A program made the position numbers and the translations under genes. A stretch of DNA of 63,552 nt, the filler included, from Octopus bimaculoides (lineage: Eukaryota), in NCBI RefSeq assembly GCF_001194135.2. It is 3 parts of 3 records of this genome, joined end to end, with 100 filler letters (N's around TTAATTAATTAA, not from the genome) between each part and the next. Parts side by side here need not be neighbours in the genome. Positions count along the whole stretch, not along the records: positions 58,356 to 63,552 come from NW_026378953.1; 2 more parts are not named here. One strand, 5' to 3'. Under the pieces are notes generated by a model, which saw only the letters and a program-made list of their open reading frames with translations, was not told where the DNA came from and made no database searches. Below, one piece after another: positions 61,461-63,552 of the stretch (the first letter of the stretch is position 1; the number at the start of each line of letters is the position of its first letter).

Positions 61461-61729
61461 AGCAAATTTATTGAGGGTAGATTTGGCTGTTATGTTTAGT
61501 AAGTTCAGGTGATTACATAGAAGCTACTTCACCAGTTCATGTAGCCCCTCAGTTAAATGGTTGCATATCTCATCCCCACTAACTCATGTGGATCCTATTC
61601 TAAAGAAAGTAGGGAGTTTGTTGAGGGGTTGTGTGGCTGTTGTCTGAGCATGTCAAAACTCCCTTTTTCTGTCTTATGTTTTCTCCTATGATTGTGTTAT
61701 TCAGTACCTTTATTCATTATTCATTTGTA

Positions 61730-62064
61730 GTTATGCCACCGCCACCACCACCCCTACCATGACCATTGCCACCACAACCACCATCAACATCACCATTTTC
61801 AGCTGCACCACCCACTATATCTTAACCACTACCACCACCACCACCACTATATCTAAACAACCACTACTACCACCGCCACTACCACAACCAACATCATCCT
61901 CATTACCACCACCATCATTATCCCCATGCCACCACCACCACCACCATCATCATCATCATTACCACCACCACCACTGCTGGCATCACCACCACCACTATAT
62001 CTAAACAAACACCACTACTACCACCGCCACTACCACAACCAACATTATCCTCATTACCACCACC
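61730..62064 (+). repeat. Degenerate (CCA/CAT)n tract
   Basis: Directly visible. Confidence 0.9.
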
Positions 62065-62942
62065 NNNNNNNNNNNNNNNNNNNNNNNNNNNNNNNNNNNN
62101 NNNNNNNNNNNNNNNNNNNNNNNNNNNNNNNNNNNNNNNNNNNNNNNNNNNNNNNNNNNNNNNNNNNNNNNNNNNNNNNNNNNNNNNNNNNNNNNNNNNN
62201 NNNNNNNNNNNNNNNNNNNNNNNNNNNNNNNNNNNNNNNNNNNNNNNNNNNNNNNNNNNNNNNNNNNNNNNNNNNNNNNNNNNNNNNNNNNNNNNNNNNN
62301 NNNNNNNNNNNNNNNNNNNNNNNNNNNNNNNNNNNNNNNNNNNNNNNNNNNNNNNNNNNNNNNNNNNNNNNNNNNNNNNNNNNNNNNNNNNNNNNNNNNN
62401 NNNNNNNNNNNNNNNNNNNNNNNNNNNNNNNNNNNNNNNNNNNNNNNNNNNNNNNNNNNNNNNNNNNNNNNNNNNNNNNNNNNNNNNNNNNNNNNNNNNN
62501 NNNNNNNNNNNNNNNNNNNNNNNNNNNNNNNNNNNNNNNNNNNNNNNNNNNNNNNNNNNNNNNNNNNNNNNNNNNNNNNNNNNNNNNNNNNNNNNNNNNN
62601 NNNNNNNNNNNNNNNNNNNNNNNNNNNNNNNNNNNNNNNNNNNNNNNNNNNNNNNNNNNNNNNNNNNNNNNNNNNNNNNNNNNNNNNNNNNNNNNNNNNN
62701 NNNNNNNNNNNNNNNNNNNNNNNNNNNNNNNNNNNNNNNNNNNNNNNNNNNNNNNNNNNNNNNNNNNNNNNNNNNNNNNNNNNNNNNNNNNNNTAATTAT
62801 ACAGGGTGGGCCAAAAATCATGAACAAAATAAGTTCCATATGCTCTGGAATTGTCAAAGACGTGCTTTGATTTTTTTCTAAAATTGAATAAAAATAAATA
62901 AAATAATGATGAATACAAATGTAGTCGTACATGATGAACAAA

Positions 62943-62982
<40 letters not shown>

Positions 62983-63134
62983 GTTTATATAAAGGACTGA
63001 AGTAACTCAACAGAAGTATAATAGATAGAGAGAAGAGTTCTTTACTTTTGTATACGATTGACACAATCCATCAATTGTATAGAAAAGTAAAGAACTCTTC
63101 TCTCTATCTAATAATAATAATAATAACAACAACA

Positions 63135-63506
63135 ACAGCACTAAGAGAGCGCAAGCCTCCACCAAGGCAACACCAACGTCCTCTCAACGATTAACCGTAG
63201 ATAATTTTTAAAATGAGAATATCTGAAATAAACTCAACTGCTCTCACAAATGAGAATACTAAAAATGAGCCCAACCGCTCTCAAAATTTAAGTTTAAAAA
63301 AAAATGGAAGAATAATCCAGAATCCTTGTCCAGTACCAGATTAATCCCAAAATGTAATCAGTTTGTGCCAGTCACAGGACCAAACATCCCTGACAGTTTC
63401 ATCCAAATCCATCCAGCAGTTCTTGAGATGTCTTGTCTACGGACAAACAAACAGAAAAACATGAATGAAAACAATACCTCCGCCTTCGCTAAGGCGGAGG
63501 TAATAA
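63135..63506 (-). mobile_element. HINE-like element, complete
   Basis: Reverse complement of the family; perfect 5' hairpin acctccgccttcgctaaggcggaggt at 63476-63501; sits beside (TAA/CAA)n. Confidence 0.6.
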
Positions 63507-63552
63507 GATCCCAGGAGAACCATGTCTCAGAGAAATCCAAAAGATTGTACTG

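Overview
AT-rich, microsatellite- and transposon-dense eukaryotic DNA with many N gaps. The SINE families and repeat landscape fit an octopus (coleoid cephalopod) draft assembly; the species is an inference. The only host gene I can support is the 3' end of a USP19-like deubiquitinase. It has five + strand coding exons (1968-16622) with phase-compatible GT-AG junctions, the His/Asp boxes and a C-terminal YTDMDAVD* (EEVD-like). Most of the rest is mobile DNA: mariner, Tigger, Tc1 and maT DNA transposons, piggyBac and foldback MITEs, Helentron-type HINEs, RTE and Dong/R4-like LINE relics, Penelope-like elements, a decayed CsRn1-like Gypsy pol, and several tRNA-derived SINE families. The most notable signal is a roughly 300-bp unit made of a tRNA-like Pol III head, an (AAT)n tract and a minimal hammerhead-ribozyme fold. 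It forms the 3' end of a Penelope element and also occurs twice as a solo insertion with its own target-site duplication. Other highlights are a SINE flanked by a 167-bp direct repeat, a local duplication preserving both filled and empty SINE sites, and a hairpin with arms of about 340 bp. There are no CRISPR arrays, rRNA genes or genuine tRNA genes. TE boundaries are approximate unless a TIR or TSD is quoted.
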